DNA from: Bdellovibrionota bacterium
Lineage (GTDB): Bacteria; Bdellovibrionota_C; UBA2361; OMII01
Direction: 5' to 3'
NCBI GenBank assembly: GCA_044351795.1
Contig: JBILFA010000004.1
Location: 3 to 64,002, forward strand
Length of the DNA stretch: 64,000 nucleotides
The notes under the pieces were generated by a model. It saw only the letters and a program-made list of their open reading frames with translations. It was not told the origin of the DNA and did no database searches. The first letter of the stretch is position 1, and each line of letters opens with the position of its first letter. This document shows positions 36,104 to 44,259 of this stretch, piece after piece. The position numbers were made by a program, and so were the translations under genes.

Positions 36104-38001
36104 ATGTATCTATAAACTCATCAAATAACTCAAGCCCTCAGCCATCGGCAGAGAGTATCTCGGAAAAGATAGGCGGGGTGATCTCGACTTTTCAGGAGTT
36201 TGCCACTCTAGCCACTCATCTTAGGCTGGATAGGGAGAGCCGTGGTTACATTGCCCGATTGTCGTATCCCCTTTTGCGTGCCATCGCGACTCTAGAGTGT
36301 GCGGCGGCGGAGGTTACAAAGGCACCGCTATCTCCCGCTCGCCTCGGTGACGTGCCAGAGGGCGTCGTTGGAGATTTATCGGTTTCTTTCCCCCACTTGA
36401 TGAAGGAGGACCGCCGCCGATTTCCAGAGCTAGCCAGTGAGATCGCTGCGGTTGCAGTTCAGCAACGAGAGATAGGATTTTTAGAGGTGTATAATACCGG
36501 TCCTTATCTGAATGCCGTGCTCGATCGTCGAACCTTCATTCCTGCGGTGTTGTCTCAAGTGGCCGAGCTCGGAGCGCTTTATGGGCAGACCGATACACAT
36601 AGAGGAGAGGCTGCCTACATCGATTTTTCAAGTCCGAACATCGGAAAGAGCCTTCACGTTGGGCATGCAGGATCTACGATTGTTGGCCATGTACTTTCAA
36701 ATATCTTTGATGCGGCTGGCTACTCGGTGCTGCGGGTTAACTATATTGGAGATTGGGGGGTCGCTGCAGCCAAGCTCCTTCAAGGTGTTCGAACACAGGG
36801 AGACCCGCCAAGAAGTCTATCCCCTGAAGAAGCGCTAGACAGATACTCAACTATCTATTCCACCACTTCTCAGCGCTATAAGGAAGAGGAGGCTCTTCAA
36901 CAGAGCGTGAATCATGTATTGTTGCAATTACAATCCAGAGACAGTCAGACGCTTGATCTTTTGGACTCCATACGCCGCCGCTCCGTCGACGGTTTGAACG
37001 AAATTTATGCCAAGCTCGGTGTATACTTTCATGCCTATGTGGGAGAGAGCTTCTACGAGGAATCTCTTGCAGATACTATAAGCGAATGCCTCGCTCGTGG
37101 AATCGCTCAACAAGAGGCGACTGCGTGTCCTGTAGTCGTTGATTTGTGCGATAAAAGGCTGCCATCTTTTGTTCTCGCTAGGGAGGATGGCACCTCGACA
37201 TACTTGGCACGAGATGTTGCATCCTTGAGGGTACGAAAAGAATTAACCGCTGCTGATATCTCCCTATATGTTGTGGGAAGTGAGCAGAGGCTTCATCTGG
37301 CGCAGGTCATTGAAACGGCTACACGGATGGGATACATCGCGCCTGGAGAGGCACACCATGTAGTGATTGGCTTACTCACGAAGTACGGAGAAAAAGTATC
37401 GTCACGGGATGGCTCGTCTCTTGCTCTTGAAGGTTTTCTCGCATTTCTTGAGAAGGAAGCGGCAACTGTAATAGCAAGCCGACAGCCAGACATGGCAATT
37501 GAGGAGCAACGACGCTTGGCGAGCCAACTAGCGAGGGGCGCTCTATTCTTCACTTTCTCTCAGCGAAATCCCGACAAAGGATTTGAGTTTGATGTCCAGA
37601 AGATATTCGCGCTAGATGGGCGAAGCGCGTTATACCTTCAGTATGCGGCCACTCGAGCGGATAGCCTTCTGACGAAAGCAGGTACAGCCAATAAAGAAAT
37701 TTCAGCTCTCAACTGGGAGGAAGTTTGTCGTCTCATGCCTAAGGCTGCTGAGGAATTGGTGTTTGAAATATCACGACTACCGATAGCAATCGAAAATGCT
37801 CTTCAGCTTCGCTCTCCCCATCCGCTCGCAGATAGTGGTTTTCGCCTTGCCCAACGCTTCAACCGATTCTTCAATGAGGTGCAGGTTAAGGGCGCTGAGG
37901 GAGATGTTGGGCAGTTTTACCGGCATCTGGTTAAAGCATTCCGGCAGACACTAGGAAATATACTGACCATGATTAACATAGAAGTCCCTGAGCGGATTTA
38001 G
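36100..38001 (+). CDS. argS: Arginine--tRNA ligase paralog (class I aaRS, full length)
   Basis: SSPNIGKSLHVGHAGSTIVGHVLSNIFDAAGYSVLRVNYIGDWG carries the HIGH region and the ArgRS-specific GDWG. It also has KYGEKVSSRDG (degenerate KMSK), a DALR-type anticodon-binding end YLQYAATRADSLL, and an N-terminal additional domain (GPYLNAVLD). ATGA overlap with the 2H gene. Confidence 0.8.
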   Translation: MNVSINSSNNSSPQPSAESISEKIGGVISTFQEFATLATHLRLDRESRGYIARLSYPLLRAIATLECAAAEVTKAPLSPARLGDVPEGVVGDLSVSFPHLMKEDRRRFPELASEIAAVAVQQREIGFLEVYNTGPYLNAVLDRRTFIPAVLSQVAELGALYGQTDTHRGEAAYIDFSSPNIGKSLHVGHAGSTIVGHVLSNIFDAAGYSVLRVNYIGDWGVAAAKLLQGVRTQGDPPRSLSPEEALDRYSTIYSTTSQRYKEEEALQQSVNHVLLQLQSRDSQTLDLLDSIRRRSVDGLNEIYAKLGVYFHAYVGESFYEESLADTISECLARGIAQQEATACPVVVDLCDKRLPSFVLAREDGTSTYLARDVASLRVRKELTAADISLYVVGSEQRLHLAQVIETATRMGYIAPGEAHHVVIGLLTKYGEKVSSRDGSSLALEGFLAFLEKEAATVIASRQPDMAIEEQRRLASQLARGALFFTFSQRNPDKGFEFDVQKIFALDGRSALYLQYAATRADSLLTKAGTANKEISALNWEEVCRLMPKAAEELVFEISRLPIAIENALQLRSPHPLADSGFRLAQRFNRFFNEVQVKGAEGDVGQFYRHLVKAFRQTLGNILTMINIEVPERI

Positions 38002-38121
38002 TAGCCTTTTGTGACCCGCGACCTGGAGGTACCAGGCCATGCAAAGCAGTTAGGTTCCCCATCGCTACTATCAGTCCTAATGGTGAAACTGTCCTGCCAG
38101 GTAGCATGAGAACCTCTTTCT

Positions 38122-38490
38122 TTACGTTCGCTCATCCTGAGTTTTGCACTGGTCAATAGGTGGACTAAGCGTTGACAAGTCAGGCAAGGACCGCACCTCG
38201 CCGAAGAGATCAATTTGTTGACGGAAAGCGTCTAGAAGAGCTCTTCTACGTTGGCCGTCTAACATCACCCTCCCTTTGTTGTCATCAACACACCAAGAAA
38301 GCACATATTGATCTGGCGCTACTACCAGTTGGTATACTGGATAATGAGCTACAACAATAACGTGCGGCAGAATATTAACCGCAAATCCCGGACGTGCAGG
38401 AAGCTTTTCGTCCGCAAGATCTTCGATAATCCCCTCTCGGGGGCCTATGAATCTCTTAAGTGCATCTTTTACGGCCTGCTGGATGTTCAT
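38122..38490 (-). CDS. Hypothetical protein
   Basis: Probable start ATG 38490 (MNIQQAVKDAL). No recognisable motif. Confidence 0.4.
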   Translation of the reverse strand: MNIQQAVKDALKRFIGPREGIIEDLADEKLPARPGFAVNILPHVIVVAHYPVYQLVVAPDQYVLSWCVDDNKGRVMLDGQRRRALLDAFRQQIDLFGEVRSLPDLSTLSPPIDQCKTQDERT

Positions 38491-38577
38491 AATGGCACCC
38501 CGATACTTAAATCCCACTAGACCGTGAAAGACTATGATGGACAATTCACCGCGAGGGATTTACTTACCAGAACCCTA

Positions 38578-40080
38578 TCATGATTTCGCCTCAAAGTGAT
38601 CAATCAACATCCTGCGCTGGATAGTAGCAAACAGGACCCCTCCCCTCTCCTTCTTCTCGAGGTAAAAGCGCTGGTTAAACGACAGCGCATTATCAAAGGC
38701 CTCCCTCTCAAAGCTCACTTTCTCTTCCTCACTGAGAGCAGCCCAAAATGTATCGAACTCCTGCTCTAGTTCAGACGGCTTCTCAGGAGCCTTAGCTTCA
38801 GGCTGAACTGCTGGCTCCTGCTTGCGCGTAGGCTTTACAGCGAGTCCAGCTGAGACAACGCGAAGTTCAGACTTAGCCTCCTCTTTGCTCTTTAGAAAGC
38901 CGCTCGGTGGCGAGTAATCATCCTGGATAGCAGTCACAAGAAACCCTGCGGGGTTGCTCGAGCAGCGCTTATCCCCTCGCTGCATCATCCAATCGAAGAT
39001 AGCTATCTTGCTAGCGATGCGATTTGCCTCATAGCTCCTCACAAGCTTTGACGCTTTCGCTGGAGAGACCCCCCTGGCCTTTAGCTGCTCAAAGGCCGCG
39101 TCCTGCTCTGTAGACAACAGGAGCTTCGCTTCAGAGGCTCCCCTATCGAAAACCACTTTCCAGTTACCCTTGGTGACCTTTATGAAGCGCTCTTCCTTTG
39201 GAAGCGGCTTAATAAAGCCCATCCCTTCAAGCTCTAAGAGAGGCTTAGAGAACAAGCGCTTTACTTCAGCCACAGGCGTCGTGCGCGATATGCCGACGTG
39301 CTCATAGGCGAAGCGCAACAGGTCATACTCAAGGCGTGCCCTGCGATAGAAGTGCTTGTCGAGGAATCGGTACATACGCTTTGAGATAGCGCTCTTTAGT
39401 TGCTTGTAGATGTCTAAGTCGATCTCTTTAAGGTTACCGGCCTTAAAGCTTCTAAAGACGATATCGTTCCACACGAAGTGAGAGCGGCCAGCGTTTTCGT
39501 CTCCTGGGTTAAGGCTCTTTTTGTTCGCGCGGCGCTCCTTGTCGTACACCGTCACTGAGTCCAGTAAGTGAAAGCTCTCGTTGACCCAGCACTGCTCTTC
39601 CTTGGACCACCACGCCTTGTCGTAAAAGAGCGTAATGCTCACCCAGCGCTTGAGGGACTCATCGATGCGCCTGTAGCTCTTCGCTGAGTCGTTCCACCCC
39701 AAAAGCTTAATGAGCTCGTACGAAGAGAAGTACACGGTGCGACTTGCAAAGCGCTGCTTGTCGGTAAGCTGGATGAGCCCAAGGATAACCTCCTCGTCTA
39801 AGGCGGTAGGAAGCCCATACATGTCAGAGGCAGCGATGGTTAACTTGCGAGTGATGTGCTGGCCAATGCTCTGGTCGAAGATGGTGTCGTGAAACTCTAG
39901 CTTCTTCTGCCCATCGGGAACTCGGTCAGCAAGGCTCGCAAGAGGAAACTCCGCAAAGTTCAGTTCGTCCTTGAAGCGCTCAGCATGGTTCGACGGTGAG
40001 AACTCGTCACTGCCCTCGGGTAGAGAGGACACGATCTCAAAGAGAGGCTCGGTCTGTTTTGCATGGTTTGAGTTGGTCAT
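38578..40080 (-). CDS. Plasmid replication initiator (replication initiator protein A / RPA-like)
   Basis: ELNFAEFPLASLADR...YGLPTALDEEVILGLIQLT resembles the RPA N-terminal domain. The gene sits directly downstream of an iteron array. Confidence 0.7.
   Translation of the reverse strand: MTNSNHAKQTEPLFEIVSSLPEGSDEFSPSNHAERFKDELNFAEFPLASLADRVPDGQKKLEFHDTIFDQSIGQHITRKLTIAASDMYGLPTALDEEVILGLIQLTDKQRFASRTVYFSSYELIKLLGWNDSAKSYRRIDESLKRWVSITLFYDKAWWSKEEQCWVNESFHLLDSVTVYDKERRANKKSLNPGDENAGRSHFVWNDIVFRSFKAGNLKEIDLDIYKQLKSAISKRMYRFLDKHFYRRARLEYDLLRFAYEHVGISRTTPVAEVKRLFSKPLLELEGMGFIKPLPKEERFIKVTKGNWKVVFDRGASEAKLLLSTEQDAAFEQLKARGVSPAKASKLVRSYEANRIASKIAIFDWMMQRGDKRCSSNPAGFLVTAIQDDYSPPSGFLKSKEEAKSELRVVSAGLAVKPTRKQEPAVQPEAKAPEKPSELEQEFDTFWAALSEEEKVSFEREAFDNALSFNQRFYLEKKERGGVLFATIQRRMLIDHFEAKS
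38582..38673. repeat. Direct repeat DR-a: the resident rep 3' end (candidate attB-derived core)
   Basis: Counterpart of 27240-27329 and 1146-1179. Confidence 0.7.
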
Positions 40081-40226
40081 ACCCTGTGGCTCCTTGAAGA
40101 CACGCTCTGTCCTAAACCAAAAAGAGAAAACACCATCACGGCTGCTGATGTATTTTTAATATCAGTTTTAAGGACATCTTTTAGAGATGAGATTGTTTGT
40201 GTAATTGAGCACTTAGAAGACCTTTT

Positions 40227-40630
40227 TGTGGGCCAAAAGACGGTAGTTCTCGTTAATTCGATGGGTAGAGGCACGGTACCCCTGTGGGTCAAGGCACGGT
40301 AGCAACATGGGTCAAAGCACGGTAAAAATGTGGGTGGAAGTACGGTATGTGAGTTCAGAAGGTATGAACTTCTTAACTTCTGAAGTGATGAACCTCTGAA
40401 ATTCCTCATTACCGACCCAGTGAGAGGAGAAAACATGGGTGAAAGCACGGTAGAAACGTGGGTCAAAGCACGGTAGGTGCTCACCAAAACGTGGGCCAAG
40501 GGTCGGGGTGGAAGGGTAACCGTAGAGGAGTGCAGGGGGTTGCGTAAGTGCTCTAAATGCCTAGGTAAATAGGTGATTCGTGCCGGGAGAAAGGCACTCC
40601 ATGTAGCGCTTTTGTGGTTCAAAGCACGGT
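40227..40630. repeat. oriV-like iteron array
   Basis: At least 9 copies of a roughly 19-bp unit (approx. aTGGGTCAAAGCACGGTAg). TGGGT cores lie at 40229, 40262, 40285, 40308, 40331 (four phased at 23 bp), 40436, 40459, 40492 and 40615. The array lies directly upstream of rep. Confidence 0.85.
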
Positions 40631-40978
40631 AAATAGAGCTGAGAAGGCCTCTTTCGCCAAGGCCTCCGAACATGCGTGGCAGCACTGCATATATAGAGGA
40701 GTAAGGGGGTCTGTTACCCCGACACAAATCTCCTACCCGCTCCTGGCTGAAGCGGTATGTGGCTTCCCTCTGGCTCTGGAACACCACTGGTTACTCCTTC
40801 TCGTTTCCTCATCCACCCGCACTGAGTCGGATAGTCTTGGGGCACAAAACATCCGGTGCCACTCACATTCATACATTTCTCTAAACACAGAAGCTTCAAG
40901 TGCTCCTCTGCGTTCACCGCGCTCGATGAGACGTGAGGCCTCCCCTACTCTGCTTCTCGCTTCACTACTGCTTTACCC

Positions 40979-41728
40979 CTAGGTTCTGCGCTTCACCTTT
41001 GCCTTCGTAAGAGCGTAAAGCTCCTCTTCCGTGCGCGGTGCCTCAGTGTCTAAGGGTAAAAGCTCTTCGAGAAAAATCTTGATAGCGACGCGTGTAAGCG
41101 TATTGGCGGTAATACGCTCTGTGGGGTCGTTCTTTCTGCGCTGAAGATTAGCAGCGAGTTGGCTCATATGGTCGCGCATCTCTGGACTCATAATCGTGGT
41201 GACACGTTCCGTGTACATGTCACTCTTAGGAGCGCTGTGAGATGTGGGTGGCTTCTCCTGCGCCTCTGATGGCCGAGCAGTACGAGGCTCAGGAGTAATC
41301 CGTTGCTTAGCGATGGGTGACGGGGTGACTGGGCGAGATACGGGCTGTGGAGTGACAGCACTAGCCTGAGGCGCTCGGGGAGCAAGGTTGACCTCGGGTG
41401 CCTTGACCGGCGCTACAGTAGGAGCCGGTTGCTGCGGTGGTGTGACGACAGGCTGCGGCGCCGCTTGCGTGACTGGTGCAGCGGTAGCGATCGGCGTCTT
41501 TAGCTCTATCACCGTTTCTTGCTTCGGTGTTGGTAATGGAGGAGCTGCGATTGCCGCAGGTGTCACTGGTGCCGGCTGCGGCAGGTGCGCAGCCGGAGCT
41601 GTTTTGGCAAAGCTTGTCCCAAATGGACTGTCTCTCCGAGCGGTTCCCGCTCCCGTTAATCCACCAAAGCCGCCAAGAGATGACAGACCAGCCTTGAGCT
41701 CTTCTTCAGTAACGGTTGGTTTAGCCAT
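40979..41728 (-). CDS. Putative centromere-binding protein: long Pro/Ala-rich region plus a C-terminal RHH-like fold (ParG/omega-like role)
   Basis: It is immediately downstream of parA with an 8-nt overlap. The C-terminal ERVTTIMSPEMRDHMSQLAANLQ...ITANTLTRVAIKIFLEE fits beta-alpha-alpha. The middle roughly 130 aa are PAxV-rich low complexity. Confidence 0.5.
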   Translation of the reverse strand: MAKPTVTEEELKAGLSSLGGFGGLTGAGTARRDSPFGTSFAKTAPAAHLPQPAPVTPAAIAAPPLPTPKQETVIELKTPIATAAPVTQAAPQPVVTPPQQPAPTVAPVKAPEVNLAPRAPQASAVTPQPVSRPVTPSPIAKQRITPEPRTARPSEAQEKPPTSHSAPKSDMYTERVTTIMSPEMRDHMSQLAANLQRRKNDPTERITANTLTRVAIKIFLEELLPLDTEAPRTEEELYALTKAKVKRRT

Positions 41729-42569
41729 TTACTGCTACCTCCTCCTGTGTGGCCATCACAGCTTGAGTGGCGGGAGTGCTAGCGGACATACCCAAGCGCT
41801 CAAGGAACTCTCGTGCTAACTGAGAGTAGTCTTCAGTGCCCCTACCCTTTGGTGAGTCTTCGTAATCAAAGATCGTCTTTCGCAAGCTCGGTGCTGCTTT
41901 GGCCTTCGTGTTCACACGCACCTTGGTCTTAAAGAGCATGTTGCCGAGCTCCTTCTGAAGGGTCGACTCAACCGTACGGCAGATCTTCTCTGATTGAGAG
42001 TACATCGTGAGTACGACACCAAGTGGCTTTAGTAGAGGTGCTATCTTCTCCATGCGACCGATTGAGTTGCCAAGGAGCGTGAGCCCCACCATGGGAAGAT
42101 ACTCAGCGCTACAAGGGACGAGAAAATAGTCGCTTGCTACAAGTGAGTTCATCACGACTAAAGAGATCGACGGTGGATTATCAAGGAAGACGATGTCGTA
42201 TCCTTGAATCTCAGGGGTTCGCTCGATACATCCCTTGAGGATCGCTTCTCGCCCTACTGCGCTTACGAGGCTTATGTCCGCGCCGGCGAAATCCTCAGAG
42301 CACGGAATGATATCGAGATTCATCGTTGTTGTGGGAGTGATGAGATGTCCAAGAGTGGTCTCATCCATCAGGGCATCAAAGAGTGTCGCTACCCCGTCCA
42401 CGAGCGGCACAGGTCCAATGAGGCTGTGAGTCAGATTCTGCTGAGCATCAAGATCAATCACAAGTATGCGCTTCCCCACTCGCGCAAGCGCTGCAGCCAG
42501 GTTCACTGTGGTCGTTGTCTTAAGACAGCCGCCTTTGTGATTTACGACGCTAATAATAAGTGGGCTCAT
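41721..42569 (-). CDS. parA: ParA-family partition ATPase
   Basis: Deviant Walker A VVNHKGGCLKTTT, plus ILVIDLDAQ and VFLDNPPS. Confidence 0.9.
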   Translation of the reverse strand: MSPLIISVVNHKGGCLKTTTTVNLAAALARVGKRILVIDLDAQQNLTHSLIGPVPLVDGVATLFDALMDETTLGHLITPTTTMNLDIIPCSEDFAGADISLVSAVGREAILKGCIERTPEIQGYDIVFLDNPPSISLVVMNSLVASDYFLVPCSAEYLPMVGLTLLGNSIGRMEKIAPLLKPLGVVLTMYSQSEKICRTVESTLQKELGNMLFKTKVRVNTKAKAAPSLRKTIFDYEDSPKGRGTEDYSQLAREFLERLGMSASTPATQAVMATQEEVAVNG

Positions 42570-42814
42570 AGTCGCCTCCGTGCTTCTTGATCCTGGAGCC
42601 AGCTCTCGAGCTCAGTGCGACGAAACCTCCACCTTCCACCAGTAGTGAGACGAAAGGCTGGAATCTCAGCTGTCTCTAAAAGCTTGTAGAGGGTGTTCCT
42701 ATGAATACCCAAGATCTCGCAGGCCTCAGCAGCCGAGATAATATCGGAGCGGTTTGACGGTGCAGCTTGGACACTTGATAGGGGCGGCTCTGTTCGGAGA
42801 GCATTATTGGACAT
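42566..42814 (-). CDS. Excisionase-family helix-turn-helix DNA-binding protein
   Basis: ISAAEACEILGIHRNTLYKLLETAEIPAFRLTTGGRWRFRRTELESWL is the MerR-like HTH_17 pattern. ATGA-type overlap with parA. Confidence 0.75.
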   Translation of the reverse strand: MSNNALRTEPPLSSVQAAPSNRSDIISAAEACEILGIHRNTLYKLLETAEIPAFRLTTGGRWRFRRTELESWLQDQEARRRL

Positions 42815-42978
42815 AGTTGGTACCTAGCACTGACAATTTACTCGCGCAACGCATAAAACAGCAGCGAGTTGCACAGTATGGCCTCGGGCAGACCAGAGTT
42901 CATGTGTTCTGAATAGTGAAGACCTCGTTTTATCGCAAGAGGAAAAATCAACTCGTCCCCCAGTTTCGACTGAGAGAT

Positions 42979-43662
42979 CTCTGAAGTTCTGAAGGTATGA
43001 AGTTCCGAAGGTGTGAAGGGCTGAACATCGGAAGTTCATGCCGTCATAGTTCGTAGGCCGGCTTGAGGCGCTATTGGCGAAAGTTCTGAATATGCGAACT
43101 TCTGAAGGTATGAACTTCAGAAGTTTAGAACTTGAGGATTGTAGAAACGCTCTCGCGAGAACAGGCTGAGATTTCGGGCTTCTGAAGGTATGAAGTTCTG
43201 AATGTCTGAAGTTCATATCTTTGGTGCCTTTGATAGTTAACGAAAGATCGTTGCTCAAAGGTGTGAACTTATGAACATGCGAAGTTCTGAACTTCATATG
43301 TTCTGAACTGCCGACCTTTGGCGGCTTGTTTGTCAGTGGAGAGTGAAGTTCAGAATGTCTGAAGATATGAAGTTCATAAGTTTGGAACTTCATATCTTTG
43401 GACCATGGTTGAAGGGCGGAACTCGTGGCTACCAAAGTTCTGAATATATGAACATCTGAAGTTATGAACTTCGGAACTTCTGAACTCTGCGGGCGTGGGC
43501 CTGTTGTCTCAGGGCGCGGGTGAAGCTCTGAACTTCTGAACTTCATATGTTCGGAACTTCCTAAGTTCATAGCTTTGTCGGCCTGCTGCTCATTTCCAAG
43601 GACATCCCTTGAGGGGATACCTGCGGTAAAGTCTGAAGTTATGAAGTTCAGACCTTCTGATG
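42979..43662. repeat. Eight clusters of 8-bp-phased GAA(G/C)TTC repeats (candidate centromere / operator array)
   Basis: Clusters start near 42979, 43078, 43176, 43259, 43341, 43433, 43519 and 43629. An example is ctgaagtt|ctgaaggt|atgaagtt|ccgaaggt|gtgaaggg|ctgaacat|cggaagtt. Units occur in both orientations. One further cluster lies in the origin at 40353-40405. Confidence 0.75.
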
Positions 43663-43800
43663 TTTGGCTATATGTCTTTGGTATCACAACTTTTACCGTC
43701 TCGAATTCCACTTACCGTCAGCTTTGGCGAACTGTCCCTTAGCCCCGATCCGCGTAGCAGGCTCGAGCACTTTACCTTTGTCGCAAACAGGGTAGGGGGC

Positions 43801-43815
43801 GACTGAATGAGGCAC
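43801..43815 (-). promoter_or_regulatory. Upstream box copy (gtGCCTCATTCAGtc on the minus strand)
   Basis: It sits at the distal edge of the repeat array upstream of the HTH-parA operon, in the same orientation as the operon. Confidence 0.35.
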
Positions 43816-44259
43816 GCGAGGTTACTAACCCCTCATTTGGAGAGTAGCTCTTGAGCTAGAGGCCTCGCTCCTGGCTCTCCGTTACCTAAAGGGGGGTCGG
43901 ATGGACTTCTGAGACTACCGAGGGGTTTAGGAAACAAGTGGCAAGACGCAGAGAAAAGTGTTCCACGGTTTTTGACAGACGATTTTCGTAGTTAATTCTC
44001 GAGTTCGGTTTTACGCGTGATTTTGGTAGCTTGCTCGGATCCAAAAAGCGTTTCCTGTTGAAAACTGCAAGGTGTTCCACGGACAACTCTAACTATCCAA
44101 AGATCCACATAGGTTGGCAGGGAGGGTGCCTAGCGACTAGCAAAGTGACTAGCCGAAGGAGTGATGAAGTAGCTTCGCCCGCGAATCTCGGCGAAGTCAC
44201 GTCTACAAGGCCCATGGCCATTTCGAAGACTCTCTTGAGCAAAGTCTATCCGATGCCGG

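Larger units (their letters stand above)
27330..38581. mobile_element. Candidate island 2 (biosynthetic-type operon) between DR-b and the intact rep 3' end
   Basis: Bounded by DR-b and the rep 3' end. No integrase lies inside, so it may be a cargo or accretion module rather than autonomously mobile. Confidence 0.35.

Noticed and set aside
40077-40787. 236-aa minus-strand ORF in the track, with repeated YRALTH/VLSP-type peptide segments
   Set aside because: It is the translation of the iteron array, so the periodic peptide repeats mirror the 23-bp DNA repeats. It lies in the rep upstream region and has no SD or known motif. I treat it as non-coding oriV.
41388-41819. 143-aa Gly/Ala-rich plus-strand ORF
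   Set aside because: It is the antisense shadow of the Pro/Ala-rich region of the parA-downstream gene. GC-rich low complexity keeps the frame open.
42979-43662. Possible CRISPR array
   Set aside because: The repeat units are only 8 bp, occur in both orientations, and are clustered without uniform unique spacers. No cas genes or leader are present. It is not a CRISPR array.
42824-43711. 295-aa minus-strand ORF with repeated SSEHMKFRSSELH / FITSDV segments
   Set aside because: It is the translation of the 8-bp-phased GAAGTTC repeat clusters. The open frame is best explained by the absence of stop triplets in the repeat unit. I treat it as a DNA-level array.
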